From positions 373,426,001 through 373,490,000 of the forward strand of contig OZ024743.1 of NCBI GenBank assembly GCA_964016885.1: DNA of 64,000 nucleotides. The letters run 5' to 3'. The DNA is from Eledone cirrhosa (taxonomy: Eukaryota). Positions 60,870-64,000 of this stretch are shown here, in pieces (position 1 is the first letter of the stretch; the number at the start of each line of letters is the position of its first letter). The notes below the pieces were generated by a model, which ran no database searches, had not been told where the DNA came from, and worked only from the letters and a program-made list of their open reading frames with translations. Made by a program: the position numbers and the translations under genes.

Positions 60870-63800
60870 ACATTACATTCCCATACCTTTGGTCTATCTC
60901 TTTCACAACATTACATGCCCATACCTTTGGTCTATCTCTTTCACATTACATGTCCATACCTTTGGTCTATCTTTCACATTAGATGTCCATACATTTGGTC
61001 TATCTCTTTCACAACATTACATGCCCATAGCTTTGGTCTATCTCTTTCGCAACACTACATGTCCATACCTTTGGTCTATCTCTTTCACATTACATGTCCA
61101 TACCTTTGGTCTATCTCTTTCACATTACATGTCCATACTTTTGGTCTATCTCTTTCACATTACATGTCCATACCTTTGGTCTATCTCTTTCACATTACAT
61201 GTCCATACCTTTGGTCTATCTCTTCCACATTACATGTCCATACCTTTGGTCTATCTCTTCCACATTACATGTCCATACCTTTGGTCTATCTCTTTCACAT
61301 TACATGTCCATACCTTTGGTCTCTCTCTTCCACATTACATGTCCATACCTTTGGTCTCTCTCTTTCACATTACATGTCCATACCTTTGGTCTATCTCTTT
61401 CACATTACATGCCCATACCTTTGGTCTATCTCTTTCACATTAGATGTCCATACCTTCGGTCTATCTTTCACATTAGATGTCCATACCTTTGGCCTATCTC
61501 TTTCACATTACATGTCCATACCTTTGGTCTATCTCTTTCACATTACATACCCATACCTTTGGTCTATCTCTTTCACAACATTACATGACCATACCTTTGG
61601 TCTATCTCTTTCACAACATTACATGCCCATACCTTTGGTCTATCTCTTTCACAACATTACATTCCCATACCTTTGGTCTATCTCTTTCACATTAGATGTC
61701 CATACCTTTGGTCTATCTCTTTCACATTAGATGTCCATACCTTTCGTCTATCTGTTTCACAACATTAGATGTCCATACCTTTGGTCTATCTCTTTCACAT
61801 TAGATGTCCATACCATTGGTCTATCTCTTTCACATTACATGTCCATACCTTTGGTCTATCTCTTTCACATTAGATGTCCATACCTTTGGTCTATCTCTTC
61901 CACATTAGATGTCCATACCTTTAGTCTATCTCTTTCACAACATTACATGCCCATATCTTTGGTCTATCTCTTCCACGTTACATGTCCATACCTTTGGTCT
62001 ATCTCTTTCACATTACATGTCCATACCTTTGGTCTATCTCTTTCACATTAGATGTCCATACCTATGGTCTATCTCTTTCACAACATTACATCTCCATACC
62101 TTTGGTCTATCTCTTTCACATTACATGCCCATACCTTTGGTCTATCTCTTTCACATTACATGTCCATACCTTTGGTTTATCTCTTTCACATTACATGCCC
62201 ATACCTTTGGTCTATCTCTTTCACATTAGATGTCCATACCTTTGTTCTATCTTTCACATTAGATGTCCATACCTTTGGTCTATCTCTTTCACATTACATG
62301 TCCATACCTTTGGTCTATCTCTTTCACATTACATGCCCATACATTTGGTCTATCTCTTTCGCATTAAATGTCCACACCTTTCGTCTATCTCTTTCACAAC
62401 ATTACATGCCCATACCTTTGGTCTATCTCTTTCACATTCCATGTCCATACCTTTGGTCTATCTCTTCCACATTACATGTCCATACCTTTGGTCTATCTCT
62501 TCCACATTACATGTCCATACCTTTGGTCTATCTCTTTCGCATTAAATGTCCATACCTTTCGTCTATCTCTTTCACAACATTACATTCCCATACCTTTGGT
62601 CTATCTCTTTCACAACATAACATGCCCATACCTTTGGTCTATCTCTTTCACAACATTACATGCCCATACCTTTGGTCTATCTCTTTCACATTAGATGTCC
62701 ATACCATTGGTCTATCTCTTTCACAACATTACATTCCCATACCTTTGGTCTATCTCTTTCACAACATTACATGCCCATACCTTTGGTCTATCTCTTTCAC
62801 ATTACATGTCCATACCTTTGGTCTATCTCTTCCAAATTACATGTCCATACCTTTGGTCTATCTCTTTCACATTACATGTCCATACCTTTGGTCTCTCTCT
62901 TCCACATTACATGTCCATACCTTTGGTCTATCTCTTTCACATTACATGTCCATACCTTTGGTCTATCTCTTTCACATATCATGCCCATACCTTTGGTCTA
63001 TCTCTTTCACATTAGATGTCCATACCTTCGGTCTATCTTTCACATTAGATGTCCATACCTTTGGCCTATCTCTTTCACATTACATGTCCATACCTTTGGT
63101 CTATCTCTTTCACATTACATACCCATACCTTTGGTCTATCTCTTTCACAACATTACATGACCATACCTTTGGTCTATCTCTTTCACAACATTACATGCCC
63201 ATACCTTTGGTCTATCTCTTTCACAACATTACATTCCCATACCTTTGGTCTATCTCTTTCACATTAGATGTCCATACCTTTGGTCTATCTCTTTCACATT
63301 AGATGTCCATACCTTTCGTCTATCTGTTTCACAACATTAGATGTCCATACCTTTGGTCTATCTCTTTCACATTAGATGTCCATACCTTTGGTCTATCTCT
63401 TTCACATTACATGTCCATACCTTTGGTCTATCTCTTTCACATTAGATGTCCATACCTTTGGTCTATCTCTTTCACATTAGATGTTCATACCTTTGGTCTA
63501 TCTCTTTCACAACATTACATGCCCATATCTTTGGTCTATCTCTTCCACATTACATGTCCATACCTTTGGTCTATCTCTTTCACATTACATGTCCATACCT
63601 TTGGTCTATCTCTTTCACATTAGATGTCCATACCTATGGTCTATCTCTTTCACAACATTACATGTCCATACCTTTGGTCTATCTCTTTCACATTACATGC
63701 CCATACCTTTGGTCTATCTCTTTCACATTACATGTCCATACCTTTGGTTTATCTCTTTCACATTACATGCCCATACCTTTGGTCTATCTCTTTCACATTA

Positions 63801-64000
63801 GATGTCCATACCTTTGGTCTATCTTTCACATTAGATGTCCATACCTTTGGTCTATCTCTTTCACATTACATGTCCATACCTTTGGTCTATCTCTTTCACA
63901 TTACATGCCGATACATTTGGTCTATCTCTTTCACATTACATGTCCATACCTTTGGTCTATCTCTTTCGCATTAAATGTCCATACCTTTCGTCTATCTCTT
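60870..64000. repeat. Distant paralogous block of the ~30.2-35.8 kb region (offsets 30,698, 30,663, 28,951, 28,165)
   Basis: ORF pairs 30396/61094, 31033/61731, 31354/62052 (30698); 31705/62368 (30663); 34098/63049, 34352/63303 (28951); 35316/63481, 35459/63624 (28165). Confidence 0.8.

Larger units (their letters stand above)
1..64000. repeat. 35-bp tandem satellite/giant minisatellite array, consensus ATGTCCATACCTTTGGTCTATCTCTTTCACATTAC, ~1,800 head-to-tail monomers (35 bp dominant; 38, 33 and 34 bp variants); runs off both ends of the window
   Basis: Directly visible: every line consists of this unit or a variant with a few changes, always in the same orientation. ORF starts recur at 35/38-bp steps (e.g. 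2848, 2883; 4484, 4519). Copy number is estimated as 64000 divided by ~35.5-36. Confidence 0.99.

Noticed and set aside
24-63974. Hundreds of + strand ORFs, the longest 522 aa at 31176-32744, as protein-coding genes
   Set aside because: All three frames are open simultaneously and encode the same periodic peptide. The unit length is not a multiple of 3, 33/34-bp variants shift the register freely, and stops fall wherever a TAG/TAA monomer is in frame. There is no unique N- or C-terminal domain. This is the signature of a non-coding tandem repeat.
1-64000. CRISPR array (35-38-bp unit; - strand GTGAAAG resembles the ATTGAAAG/C end of some CRISPR repeats)
   Set aside because: Units abut directly with no unique spacers, and there is no leader or cas gene in 64 kb.
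1-64000. Minus-strand repetitive protein (NVKEIDQRYGHVM…)
   Set aside because: Each - strand unit contains TAA, TGA and TAG, and the 35-bp period cycles every frame into a stop within about two units. The ORF track lists no - strand ORF.
1-64000. Telomerase-type telomeric repeat or G-quadruplex array (strong strand skew)
   Set aside because: The purine strand has only GG/GGG runs far apart and no TTAGGG-like motif. Variants are inherited in kb-scale blocks, which indicates recombinational amplification rather than templated addition. A subtelomeric location is not excluded.
1-64000. Phased A-tract curvature or nucleosome-positioning design (3 units = 105 bp = 10 helical turns; 5 units = 175 bp)
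   Set aside because: T-runs are only 3 nt and spaced 13 and 22 bp apart, not in ~10.5-bp phase. Frequent 38- and 33-bp units break the register, and I saw no 3-mer or 5-mer higher-order periodicity.
1-64000. Structured RNA, tRNA/rRNA, terminators, transposon ends or inverted segments
   Set aside because: The monomer has only 3 G and no inverted repeat beyond the 6-bp palindrome ACATGT. I found no reverse-orientation units or non-repeat inserts.

Overview
The whole 64-kb window is one uninterrupted, head-to-tail, single-orientation tandem array (satellite or giant minisatellite) of a 35-bp monomer. The consensus is ATGTCCATACCTTTGGTCTATCTCTTTCACATTAC (7 A, 15 T, 10 C, 3 G; 37% GC; 71% pyrimidine on +), present in roughly 1,800 copies. 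I saw no unique sequence, gene, RNA gene, transposon, inversion or CRISPR spacer. All listed ORFs are on + and are by-products of a stop-free 35-mer, which gives a 105-bp/35-aa period. The - strand has three stop triplets per unit. The information lies in the order of monomer variants: a 38-bp form (+ACA), 33/34-bp deletion forms, and point variants such as TAC>TAG/TAA and GTCC>GCCC. These variants show a nested duplication history. It includes tandem duplications of 4,432 and 7,789 bp with no differences visible to me, smaller ones of 708, 1,712, 786, ~967, 2,473 and 430 bp, and an emerging 3.1-3.4-kb/6.4-6.5-kb higher-order repeat at 35-56 kb. The last ~3 kb is a distant copy of the 30-36 kb region that lacks two of its local duplications. 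The most interesting unproven idea is that the - strand monomer is an amplified exon end plus splice donor (…GAC CAA AG|GTATGG), so the array may sit in a gene intron. The organism cannot be determined; an array of this type and size suggests a eukaryote (inference). I found no support for a protein-coding novel system.
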